Source of the DNA: the human T2T-CHM13v2.0 reference genome, Homo sapiens
DNA length: 64,000 nt
Strand: one strand, 5' to 3'
Assembly: GCF_009914755.1 (NCBI RefSeq)
Contig: NC_060945.1
The position numbers and the translations under genes are program-made. Below the pieces are notes generated by a model. It had not been told where the DNA came from and did not search any database. It was given only the letters and a program-made list of their open reading frames with translations. Positions 42,601 to 55,900 of this stretch are shown in pieces. The stretch's first letter is position 1, and every line of letters begins with the position of its first letter.

Positions 42601-43199
42601 TGATCACCTAGGTGATGTAACGCTGGTCTACCCTCTGTCCAACGGGGCATTGTGAAATATCTCTGCACTGATCACCCAGGTGATTCAACTCTTGACTAGG
42701 ATCTGCCTACAGAGGTTATTGTGAAATATCTCTGCACTGATAAACTAGGTGGTGTAATCCTTATCGAAGCTCTGCCTACAGGGGCGTTTTCACATATCCC
42801 TGAAGTGATGACAAAGGTGATGTAACTCTTGCCTAGGCTTTGCCTACAGGGGTCATAGGACATATATCTGCACTGATCACCCAGGTGATGCAACTCTAGC
42901 CTAGGCTTTGCCTACAGGGGACATTGTGACATATCGCTTCAATGATCACCCATGTGATGCAACTCTTGCCTTGGCTTTGCCTACAGGGGACATTGTGACA
43001 TATCTCTGCACTGATCTCCCAGGTGCTGTAACATTAGTCTAGACTCTGGCTACACGGCATTGTGACATATCACTGCACTGATCAACCAGGTGATATAACT
43101 CTTGTCTAGGCCCTGCCTACAGGGGGCTTGTGACATATCTCTGCACTGATCACCCAGGTGATATAACTCTTCTCTAGGATCTGCCTACAGGGTGCTTTG

Positions 43200-46100
43200 T
43201 GACATATCCCTGCAATGATCACCCAGGTGATCTAACTCTTGTTTAAGCTCTGCCTAAAGGGGCATTTTGACAGATCTCTGCACTGATCACTCAGGTGATG
43301 TAACTATTGTCGAGGCTCTGCTTAAAGGGGCCTTGTCACATACCTCTGCACTGATCACCCAGGTGATGTAACTCTTGTCTAGCCTCTGCTTTCACGGCAT
43401 ATTGTGACATATCCATGCGCTGATCACCTTAGTGATGTAACACTTGTGTAGGCTCGGCCTACAGGGGAATATTGACATATCTCTGCACTGTTAACCGAGG
43501 TGATTTAACTCTTGTCTAGGCTGTGCCCACAGGGGGATTGAGACATGTCTCTGCACTGATCCCGAGGTGATCCAATTGTTTCCTGGTCTCTGCCTACTGG
43601 GGACATTGTGACATATCTCTGCACTGATCTCCCAGGTGCTGTAACTTTAGTCTAGGCTCTGGCTACATGGCATTGTGACATATCACTGCACTGAACACAC
43701 AGGTGATATAAATCTTTTCTAGGCTCTGCCTACAATGGCCTTGTGACATATCTCTGCACTGATCACCCAGGTGATATAACTCTTCTCTAGGATCTGACCA
43801 CAGGGTGCTTTGTGGCATTTCCCTGCAATGATCACCCAGGTGATATACCACTTGCCAAGGCTCTGCCTACAGGGGCATTGCAATGTATCTCTGCTCTGAT
43901 CACCTCGGTCTTGTAACTCTTTTCTAGGATCTGCCCACAGGGTGCCTTGTGACGTATCCCAGCAAGGATTACCCAGGTGATGTACCTCTCATCAAGGCTC
44001 TGCCTACAGGCACATTGCGATGTATCTCTGCACTGATCACCTAGGTCATGTAACTTTCGTCTAGGCTCTGCCTACGATGGCATTGTGACATATCTCTGCA
44101 CTAATCATCCAAGTGATGTAACCCTTGTCTAGGATCTGCCTAAATTAACTTTGTGACATAACCCTGTACTGATCATCCAGGTGATGGGGCTTTTGTCTAG
44201 GCTCTGCCTAAGGGGGCTTTGTGACATATTTCTGCATTGATCACCCAGGTGGCGAACTCTTCTCTTGGATCTGCCTATGGGGGCATTGTGACAAATCTCT
44301 GCACTGATCACCCAGGTGATGTAACTGTTGTGTAACCTCTCCTACAGGGGAATTGTGAGAGATCTCTCCACTGATCACCCAAGTGATGTAACCATTGTCT
44401 AGGCTTTGCGTACAGGGGTCTTTGTGACATACCTTTGCACTGATCACCCAGGTGATGTAACACATCTAAGTTCGGCCTAAAGGAGCTTTGTGACATATCT
44501 CTGCACTGATCACTTAGGTGATGGAACACTTTTATAAGCACTGCCTACAGGGAATTTTGACAAATCTCTGCACTGATCACCTAGGTGATGTAACGCTTGT
44601 CTACCCTCTGTCCAACGGGGCATTGTGAAATATCTCTGCACTGATCACCCAGGTGATTCAACTCTTGACTAGGATCTGCCTACAGAGGTTATTGTGAAAT
44701 ATCTCTGCACTGATAAACTAGGTGGTGTAATCCTTATCGAAGCTCTGCCTACAGGGGCGTTTTCACATATCCCTGAAGTGATGACAAAGGTGATGTAACT
44801 CTTGCCTAGGCTTTGCCTACAGGGGACATAGGACATATATCTGCACTGATCACCCAGGTGATGCAACTCTAGCCTAGGCTTTGCCTACAGGGGACATTGT
44901 GACATATCGCTTCAGTGATCACCCATGTGATGCAACTCTTGCCTTGGCTTTGCCTACAGGGCACATTGTGACATAACTCTGCACTGATCTCCCAGGTGCT
45001 GTAACATTAGTCTAGACTCTGGCTACACGGCATTGTGACATATCACTGCACTGATCAACCAGGTGATATAACTCTTGTCTAGGCCCTGCCTACAGGGGGC
45101 TTGTGACATATCTCTGCACTGATCACCCAGGTGATATAACTCTTCTCTAGGACCTGCCTACAGGGTGCTTTGTGACATATCCCTGCAATGATCACCCAGG
45201 TGATCTAACTCTTGTTTAAGCTCTGCCTAAAGGGGCATTTTGACAGATCTCTGCACTGATCACTCAGGTGATGTAACTATTGTCGAGGCTCTGCTTAAAG
45301 GGGCCTTGTCACATACCTCTGCACTGATCACCCAGGTGATGTAACTCTTGTCTAGCCTCTGCTTTCACGGCATATTGTGACATATCCATGCGCTGATCAC
45401 CTTAGTGATGTAACACTTGTGTAGGCTCGGCATACAGGGGAATATTGACATATCTCTGCACTGTTAACCGAGGTGATTTAACTCTTGTCTAGGCTGTGCC
45501 CACAGGGGGATTGAGACATGTCTCTGCACTGATCCCGAGGTGATCCAATTGTTTCCTGGTCTCTGCCTACTGGGGACATTGTGACATATCTCTGCACTGA
45601 TCTCCCAGGTGCTGTAACTTTAGTCTAGGCTCTGGCTACACGGCATTGTGACATATCACTGCACTGAACACCCAGGTGATATAAATCTTTTCTAGGCTCT
45701 GCCTACAATGGCCTTGTGACATATCTCTGCACTGATCACCCAGGTGATATAACTCTTCTCTAGGATCTGACCACAGGGTGCTTTGTGGCATTTCCCTGCA
45801 ATGATCACCCAGGTGATATACCACTTGCCAAGGCTCTGCCTACAGGGGCATTGCAATGTATCTCTGCACTGATCACCTCGGTCTTGTAACTCTTTTCTAG
45901 GATCTGCCCACAGGGTGCCTTGTGACGTATCCCAGCAAGGATTACCCAGGTGATGTACCTCTCATCAAGGCTCTGCCTACAGGCACATTGCGATGTATCT
46001 CTGCACTGATCACCTAGGTCATGTAACTTTCGTCTAGGCTCTGCCTACGATGGCATTGTGACATATCTCTGCACTAATCATCCAAGTGATGTAACCCTTG

Positions 46101-48500
46101 TCTAGGATCTGCCTAAATTAACTTTGTGACATAACCCTGTACTGATCATCCAGGTGATGGGGCTTTTGTCTAGGCTCTGCCTAAGGGGGCATTGTGACAT
46201 ATTTCTGCATTGATCACCCAGGTGGCGAACTCTTCTCTTGGATCTGCCTATGGGGGCATTGTGACAAATCTCTGCACTGATCACCCAGGTGATGTAACTG
46301 TTGTGTAACCTCTCCTACAGGGGAATTGTGAGAGATCTCTCCACTGATCACCCAAGTGATGTAACCATTGTCTAGGCTTTGCGTACAGGGGGCTTTGTGA
46401 CATACCTTTGCACTGATCACCCAGGTGATGTAACACATCTAAGTTCGGCCTAAAGGAGCTTTGTGACATATCTCTGCACTGATCACTTAGGTGATGGAAC
46501 ACTTTTATAAGCACTGCCTACTGGGAATTTTGACAAATCTCTGCACTGATCACCTAGGTGATGTAACGCTTGTCTACCCTCTGTCCAACGGGGCATTGTG
46601 AAATATCTCTGCACTGATCACCCAGGTGATTCAACTCTTGACTAGGATCTGCCTACAGAGGTTATTGTGAAATATCTCTGCACTGATAAACTAGGTGGTG
46701 TAATCCTTATCGAAGCTCAGCCTACAGGGGCGTTTTCACATATCCCTGAAGTGATGACAAAGGTGATGTAACTCTTGCCTAGGCTTTGCCTACAGGGGAC
46801 ATAGGACATATATCTGCACTGATCACCCAGGTGATGCAACTCTAGCCTAGGCTTTGCCTACAGGGGACATTGTGACATATCGCTTCAGTGATCACCCATG
46901 TGATGCAACTCTTGCCTTGGCTTTGCCTACAGGGCACATTGTGACATAACTCTGCACTGATCTCCCAGGTGCTGTAACATTAGTCTAGACTCTGGCTACA
47001 CGGCATTGTGACATATCACTGCACTGATCAACCAGGTGATATAACTCTTGTCTAGGCCCTGCCTACAGGGGGCTTGTGACATATCTCTGCACTGATCACC
47101 CAGGTGATATAACTCTTCTCTAGGATCTGCCTACAGGGTGCTTTGTGACATATCCCTGAAATGATCACCCAGGTGATCTAACTCTGGTTTAAGCTCTGCC
47201 TAAAGGGTCATTGTGACAGATCTCTGCACTGATCACTCAGGTGATGTAACTATTGTCTAGGCTCTGCTTCAAGGGGCCTTGTCACATACCTCTGCACTGA
47301 TCACCCAGGTGATGTAACTCTTGTCTAGCCTCTGCTTTCACGGCATATTGTGACATATCCATGCGCTGATCACCTTAGTGATGTAACACTTGTGTAGGCT
47401 CGGCCTACAGGGGAATATTGACATATCTCTGCACTGTTAACCGAGGTGATTTAACTCTTGTCTAGGCTGTGCCCACAGGGGTATTGAGACATATCTCTGC
47501 ACTGATCCCGAGGTGATCCAACTGTTGCCTGGTCTCTGCCTACTGGGGACATTGTGACATATCTCTGCACTGATCTCCCAGGTGCTGTAACTTTAGTCTA
47601 GGCTCTGGCTACACGGCATTGTGACATATCACTGCACTGATCACCGAGGTGATATAAATCTTGTCTAGGCTCTGCCTACAATGGCCTTGTGACATATCTC
47701 TGCACTGATCACCCAGGTGATATAACTCTTCTCTAGGATCTGACCACAGGGTGCTTTGTGGCATTTCCCTGCAATGATCACCCAGGTGATATACCACTTG
47801 CCAAGGCTCTGCCTACAGGGGCATTGCAATGTATCTCTGCACTGATCACCTCGGTCTTGTAACTCTTTTCTAGGATCTGCCCACAGGGTGCCTTGTGACG
47901 TATCCCAGCAAGGATTACCCAGGTGATGTACCTCTCATCAAGGCTCTGCCTACAGGCACATTGCGATGTATCTCTGCACTGATCACCTAGGTCATGTAAC
48001 TTTTGTCTAGGCTCTGCCTACGATGGCATTGTGACATATCTCTGCAGTAATCATCCAAGTGATGTAACCCTTGTCTAGGATCTGCCTAAATTAACTTTGT
48101 GACATAACCCTGTACTGATCATCCAGGTGATGGGGCTTTTGTCTAGGCTCTGCCTAAGGGGGCATTGTGACATATTTCGGCATTGATCACCCAGGTGGCG
48201 AACTCTTCTCTTGGATCTGCCTATGGGGGCATTGTGACAAATCTCTGCACTGATCACCCAGGTGATGTAACTGTTGTGTAACCTCTGCCTACAGGGCAAT
48301 GGTGAGAGATCTCGCCACTGATCACCCAAGTGATGTAACCATTGTCTAGGCTTTGCGTACAGGGGGCTTTGTGACATACCTTTGCACTGATCACCCAGGT
48401 GATGTAACACATCTAAGTTCGGCCTAAAGGAGCTTTGTGACATATCTCTGCACTGATCACTTAGGTGATGGAACACTTTTATAAGCACTGCCTACAGGGA
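43200..48500 (+). repeat. Duplicated block of ~5.3 kb; near-identical to ~10130-15430, offset 33071 bp
   Basis: ORF offsets 10592/43663, 11058/44129, 12565/45636, 14538/47609, 15004/48075. Shared rare variants GGCATACAGG, CCCTGAAATG, CTCTGGTTTA and GGCAATGGTGAG. Confidence 0.9.
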
Positions 48501-48899
48501 ATTTTGACAAATCTCTGCACTGATCACCTAGGTGATGTAATGCTTGTCTACCCTCTGTCCAACGGGGCATTGTGAAATATCTCTGCACTGATCACCCAGG
48601 TGATTCAACTCTTGACTAGGATCTGCCTACAGAGGTTATTGTGAAATATCTCTGCACTGATAAACTAGGTGGTGTAATACTTATCGAAGCTCTGCCTACA
48701 GGTGCGTTTTCACATATCCCTGAAGTGATGACAAAGGTGATGTAACCCTTGCCTAGGCTTTGCCTACAGGGGACATAGGACATATATCTGCACTGATCAC
48801 CCAGGTGATGCAACTCTAGCCTAGGCTTTGCCTACAGGGGACATTGTGACATATCGCTTCAATGATCACCCATGTGATGCAACACTTGCCTAGGCTTTG

Positions 48900-51800
48900 C
48901 CTACAGGGGACATTGTGACATATCTCTGCACTGATCTCCCAGGTGCTGTAACATTAGTCTAGACTCTGGCTACACGGCATTGTGACATATCACTGCACTG
49001 ATCAACCAGGTGTTATAACTCTTGTCTAGGCCCTGCCTACAGGGGGCTTGTGACATATCTCTGCACTGATCACCCAGGTGATATAACTCTTCTCTAGGAT
49101 CTGCCTACAGGGTGCTTTGCGACATATCCCTGCAATGATCACCCAGGTGATCTAACTCTTGTTTAAGCTCTGCCTAAAGGGGCCTTGTGACAGATCTCTG
49201 CACTGATCACTCAGGTGATGTAACTATTGTCTAGGCTCTGCTTCAAGGGGCCTTGTCACATACCTCTGCACTGATCACCCAGGTGATGTAACTCTTTTCT
49301 AGCCTCTGCTTTCACGGCATATTGTGACATATCCATGCGCTGATCACCTTAGTGATGTAACACTTGTGTAGGCTCGGCCTACAGGGGAATATTGACATAT
49401 CTCTGCACTGTTAACTGAGGTGATTTAACTCTTGTCTAGGCTGTGCCCACAGGGGGATTGAGACATGTCTCTGCACTGATCCCGAGGTGATCCAACTGTT
49501 GCCTGGTCTCTGCCTACTGGGGACATTGTGACATATCTCTGCACTGATCTCCCAGGTGCTGTAACTTTAGTCTAGGCTCTGGCTACACGGCATTGTGACA
49601 TATCACTGCACAGATCACCCAGGTGATATAAATCTTGTCTAGGCTCTGCCTACAATGGCCTTGTGACATATCTCTGCACTGATCACCCATGTGATATAAC
49701 TCTTCTCTAGGATCTGACCACAGGGTGCTTTGTGGCATTTCCCTGCAATGATCACCCAGGTGATATACCACTTGCCAAGGCTCTGCCTACAGGGGCATTG
49801 CAATGTATCTCTGCACTGATCACCTCGGTCTTGTAACTCTTTTCTAGGATCTGCCCACAGGGTGCCTTGTGACGTATCCCAGCAAGGATTACCCAGGTGA
49901 TGTACCTCTCATCAAGGCTCTGCCTACAGGCACATTGCGATGTATCTCTGCACTGATCACCTAGGTCATGTAACTTTCGTCTAGGCTCTGCCTACGATGG
50001 CATTGTGACATATCTCTGCACTAATCATCCAAGTGATGTAAACCTTGTCTAGGATCTGCCTAAATTAACTTTGTGACATAACCCTGTACTGATCATCCAG
50101 GTGATGGGGCTTTTGTCTAGGCTCTGCCTAAGGGGGTATTGTGACATATTTCTGCATTGATCACCCAGGTGGCGAACTCTTCTCTTGGATCTGCCTATGG
50201 GGGCAATGTGACAAATCTCTGCACTGATCACCCAGGTGATGTAACTGTTGTGTAACCTCTGCCTACAGGGGAATTGTGAGAGATCTCGCCACTGATCACC
50301 CAAGTGATGTAACCATTGTCTAAGCTTTGCGTACAGGGGGCTTTGTGACATACCTTTGCACTGATCACCCAGGTGATGTAACACATCTAAGTTCGGCCTA
50401 AAGGAGCTTTGTGACATATCTCTGCACTGATCACTTAGGTGATGGAACACTTTTATAAGCACTGCCTACAGGGAATTTTGACAAATCTCTGCACTGATCA
50501 CCTAGGTGATGTAACGCTGGTCTACCCTCTGTCCAACGGGGCATTGTGAAATATCTCTGCACTGATCACCCAGGTGATTCAACTCTTGACTAGGATCTGC
50601 CTACAGAGGTTATTGTGAAATATCTCTGCACTGATAAACTAGGTGGTGTAATCCTTATCGAAGCTCTGCCTACAGGGGCGTTTTCACATATCCCTGAAGT
50701 GATGACAAAGGTGATGTAACTCTTGCCTAGGCTTTGCCTATAGGGGTCATAGGACATATATCTGCACTGATCACCCAGGTGATGCAACTCTAGCCTAGGC
50801 TTTGCCTACAGGGGACATTGTGACATATCGCTTCAATGATCACCCATGTGATGCAACTCTTGCCTTGGCTTTGCCTACAGGGGACATTGTGACATATCTC
50901 TGCACTGATCTCCCAGGTGCTGTAACATTAGTCTAGACTCTGGCTACACGGCATTGTGACATATCACTGCACTGATCAACCAGGTGATATAACTCTTGTC
51001 TAGGCCCTGCCTACAGGGGGCTTGTGACATATCTCTGCACTGATCACCCAGGTGATATAACTCTTCTCTAGGATCTGCCTACAGGGTGCTTTGTGACATA
51101 TCCCTGCAATGATCACCCAGGTGATCTAACTCTTGTTTAAGCTCTGCCTAAAGGGGCATTTTGACAGATCTCTGCACTGATCACTCAGGTGATGTAACTA
51201 TTGTCGAGGCTCTGCTTAAAGGGGCCTTGTCACATACCTCTGCACTGATCACCCAGGTGATGTAACTCTTGTCTAGCCTCTGCTTTCACGGCATATTGTG
51301 ACATATCCATGCGCTGATCACCTTAGTGATGTAACACTTGTGTAGGCTCGGCCTACAGGGGAATATTGACATATCTCTGCACTGTTAACCGAGGTGATTT
51401 AACTCTTGTCTAGGCTGTGCCCACAGGGGGATTGAGACATGTCTCTGCACTGATCCCGAGGTGATCCAATTGTTTCCTGGTCTCTGCCTACTGGGGACAT
51501 TGTGACATATCTCTGCACTGATCTCCCAGGTGCTGTAACTTTAGTCTAGGCTCTGGCTACATGGCATTGTGACATATCACTGCACTGAACACCCAGGTGA
51601 TATAAATCTTTTCTAGGCTCTGCCTACAATGGCCTTGTGACATATCTCTGCACTGATCACCCAGGTGATATAACTCTTCTCTAGGATCTGACCACAGGGT
51701 GCTTTGTGGCATTTCCCTGCAATGATCACCCAGGTGATATACCACTTGCCAAGGCTCTGCCTACAGGGGCATTGCAATGTATCTCTGCTCTGATCACCTC

Positions 51801-52900
51801 GGTCTTGTAACTCTTTTCTAGGATCTGCCCACAGGGTGCCTTGTGACGTATCCCAGCAAGGATTACCCAGGTGATGTACCTCTCATCAAGGCTCTGCCTA
51901 CAGGCACATTGCGATGTATCTCTGCACTGATCACCTAGGTCATGTAACTTTCGTCTAGGCTCTGCCTACGATGGCATTGTGACATATCTCTGCACTAATC
52001 ATCCAAGTGATGTAACCCTTGTCTAGGATCTGCCTAAATTAACTTTGTGACATAACCCTGTACTGATCATCCAGGTGATGGGGCTTTTGTCTAGGCTCTG
52101 CCTAAGGGGGCTTTGTGACATATTTCTGCATTGATCACCCAGGTGGCGAACTCTTCTCTTGGATCTGCCTATGGGGGCATTGTGACAAATCTCTGCACTG
52201 ATCACCCAGGTGATGTAACTGTTGTGTAACCTCTCCTACAGGGGAATTGTGAGAGATCTCTCCACTGATCACCCAAGTGATGTAACCATTGTCTAGGCTT
52301 TGCGTACAGGGGTCTTTGTGACATACCTTTGCACTGATCACCCAGGTGATGTAACACATCTAAGTTCGGCCTAAAGGAGCTTTGTGACATATCTCTGCAC
52401 TGATCACTTAGGTGATGGAACACTTTTATAAGCACTGCCTACAGGGAATTTTGACAAATCTCTGCACTGATCACCTAGGTGATGTAACGCTTGTCTACCC
52501 TCTGTCCAACGGGGCATTGTGAAATATCTCTGCACTGATCACCCAGGTGATTCAACTCTTGACTAGGATCTGCCTACAGAGGTTATTGTGAAATATCTCT
52601 GCACTGATAAACTAGGTGGTGTAATCCTTATCGAAGCTCTGCCTACAGGGGCGTTTTCACATATCCCTGAAGTGATGACAAAGGTGATGTAACTCTTGCC
52701 TAGGCTTTGCCTACAGGGGACATAGGACATATATCTGCACTGATCACCCAGGTGATGCAACACTAGCCTAGGCTTTGCCTACAGGGGACATTGTGACATA
52801 TCGCTTCAGTGATCACCCATGTGATGCAACTCTTGCCTTGGCTTTGCCTACAGGGCACATTGTGACATAACTCTGCACTGATCTCCCAGGTGCTGTAACA
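48900..52900 (+). repeat. Duplicated block of ~4 kb (2 HORs); near-identical to ~41000-45000, offset 7894 bp
   Basis: ORF offsets 41689/49583, 42155/50049, 42696/50590, 43663/51557, 44129/52023, 44669/52563. Shared rare variants GTTAACTGAG, GCACAGATCA, CGCTGGTCTA, GGTCATAGG and ACAGGGGTCTTT. Confidence 0.9.
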
Positions 52901-55900
52901 TTAGTCTAGACTCTGGCTACACGGCATTGTGACATATCACTGCACTGATCAACCAGGTGATATAACACTTGTCTAAGCCCTGCCTACAGGGGGCTTGTGA
53001 CATATCTCTGCACTGATCACCCAGGTGATATAACTCTTCTCTAGGATCTGCCTACAGGGTGCTTTGCGACATATCCCTGCAATGATCACCCAGGTGATCT
53101 AACTCTTGTTTAAGCTCTGCCTAAAGGGGCATTGTGACAGACCTCTGCACTGATCACTCAGGTGATGTAAGTATTGTCTAGGCTCTGCTTAAAGGGGCCT
53201 TGTCACATACCTCTGTACTGATCACCCAGGTGATGTAACTCTTGTCTAGCCTCTGCTTTCACTGCATATTGTGACATATCTATGCGCTGATCACCTTAGT
53301 GATGTAACACTTGTGTAGGCTCGGCCTACAGGGGAATATTGACATATCTCTGCACTGTTAACCGAGGTGATTTAACTCTTGTCTAGGCTGTGCCCACAGG
53401 GGAATTGAGACATGTCTCTGCACTGATCCCGAGGTGATCCAACTGTTGCCTGGTCTCTGCCTACTGGGGACATTGTGACATATCTCTGCAGTGATCTCCC
53501 AGGTGCTGTAACTTTAGTCTAGGCTCTGGCTACACGGCTTTGTGAGATATCACTGCACTGATCACCCTGGTGATATAAATCTTGTCTAGGCTCTGCCTAC
53601 AATGGCCTTGTGACATATCTCTGCACTGATCCCCAGGTGATATAACTCTTCTCTAGGATCTGACCACAGGGTGCTTTGTGGCATTTCCCTGCAATGATCA
53701 CCCAGGTGAAATACCACTTGCCAAGGCTCTGCCTACAGGGGCATTGCAATATATCTCTGCACTTATCACCTCGGTCTTGCAACTCTTTTCTAGGATCTGC
53801 CCACAGGGTGCCTTGTGACGTATCCCAGCAAGGATTACCCAGGTGATGTACCTCTCATCAAGGCTCTGCCTACAGGCACATTGCGATGTATCTCTGCACT
53901 GATCACCTAGGTCATGTAACTTTTGTCTAGGCTCTGCCTACGATGGCATTGTGACATATCTCTGCACTAATCATCCAAGTGATGTAACCCTTGTCTAGGA
54001 TCTGCCTAAATTAACTTTGTGACATAACCCTGTACTGATCATCCAGGTGATGGGGCTTTTGTCTAGGCTCTGCCTAAGGGGGCATTGTGACATATTTCTG
54101 CATTGATCACCCAGGTGGCGAACTCTTCTCTTGGATCTGCCTATGGGGGCATTGTGACAAATCTCTGCACTGATAACCAAGGTGATGTAACGGTTGTGTA
54201 ACCTCTGCCTACAGGGGAATTGTGAGAGATCTCGCCACTGATCACCCAAGTGATGAAACCATTGTCTAGGCTTTGCGTACAGGGGGCTTTGTGACATACC
54301 TTTGCACTGATCACCCAGGTGATGTAACACATCTAAGTTCGGCCTAAAGGAGCTTTGTGACATATCTCTGCACTGATCACTTAGGTGATGGAACACTTTT
54401 ATAAGCACTGCCTACAGGGAATTTTGACAAATCTCTGCACTGATCACCTAGGTGATGTAACGCTTGTCTACCCTCTGTCCAACGGGGCATTGTGAAATAT
54501 CTCTGCACTGATCACCCAGGTGATTCAACTCTTGACTAGGATCTGCCTACAGAGGTTATTGTGAAATATCTCTGCACTGATAAACTAGGTGGTGTAATCC
54601 TTATCGAAGCTCTGCCTACAGGGGCGTTTTCACATATCCCTGAAGTGATGACAAAGGTGATGTAACTCTTGCCTAGGCTTTGCCTACAGGGGACATAGGA
54701 CATATATCTGCACTGATCACCCAGGTGATGCAACTGTAGCCTAGGCTTTGCCTACAGGGGACATTGTGACATATCGCTTCAATGATCACCCATGTGATGC
54801 AACTCTTGCCTAGGCTTTGCCTACAGGGGACATTGTGACATATCTCAGCACTGATGTCCCAGGTGCTGTAACATTAGTCTAGACTCTGGCTACACGGCAT
54901 TGTGACATATCACTGCACTGATCAACCAGGTGATATAACTCTTGTCTAGGCTCTGCCTACAGGGGGCTTGTGACATATCCCTGCAATGATCACCCAGGTG
55001 ATCTAACTCTTGTTTAAGCTCTGCCTAAAGGGGCATTGTGACAGATCTCTACACTGATCACTCAGGTGATGTAACTATTGTCTAGGCTCTGCTTAAAGGG
55101 GCCTTGTCACATACCTCTGCACTGATCACCCAGGTGATGTAACTCTTGTCTAGACTCTGCTTTCACGGCATATTGTGACATATCCATGCGCTGATCACCT
55201 TAGTGATGTAACACTTCTGTAGGCTCGGCCTACAGGGGAATATTGACATATCTCTGCACTGTTAACCGAGGTGATTTAACTCTTGTCTAGGCTGTGCCCA
55301 CAGGGGGATTGAGACATGTCTCTGCACTGATCCCGAGGTGATCCAACTGTTGCCTGGTCTCTGCCTACTGGGGACATTGTGACATATCTCTGCACTGATC
55401 TCCCAGGTGCTGTAACTTTAGTCTAGGCTCTGGCTACACGGCATTGTGACATATCACTGCACTGATCACCCAGGTGATATAAATCTTGTCTAGGCTCTGC
55501 CTACAATGGCCTTGTGACATATCACTGCACTGATCACCCAGGTGATATAACTCTTCTCTAGGATCTGACCACAGGGTGCTTTGTGGCATTTCCCTGCAAT
55601 GATCACCCAGGTGATATACCACTTGCCAAGGCTCTGCCTACAGGGGCATTGCAATGTATCTCTGCACTGATCACCTCGTTCTTGTAACTCTTTTCTAGGA
55701 TCTGCCCACAGGGTGCCTTGTGACGTATCCCAGCAAGGATTACCCAGGTGATGTACCTCTCATCAAGGCTCTGCCTACAGGCACATTGCGATGTATCTCT
55801 GCACTGATCACCTAGGTCATGTAACTTTTGTCTAGGCTCTGCCTACGATGGCATTGTGACATATCTCTGCACTAATCATCCAAGTGATGTAACCCTTGTC

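Larger units (their letters stand above)
36647..54408 (+). repeat. Run of nine consecutive full-length 29-mer HORs
   Basis: All nine landmark spacings between 36646 and 54408 are 1973 or 1974 bp. Confidence 0.9.
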
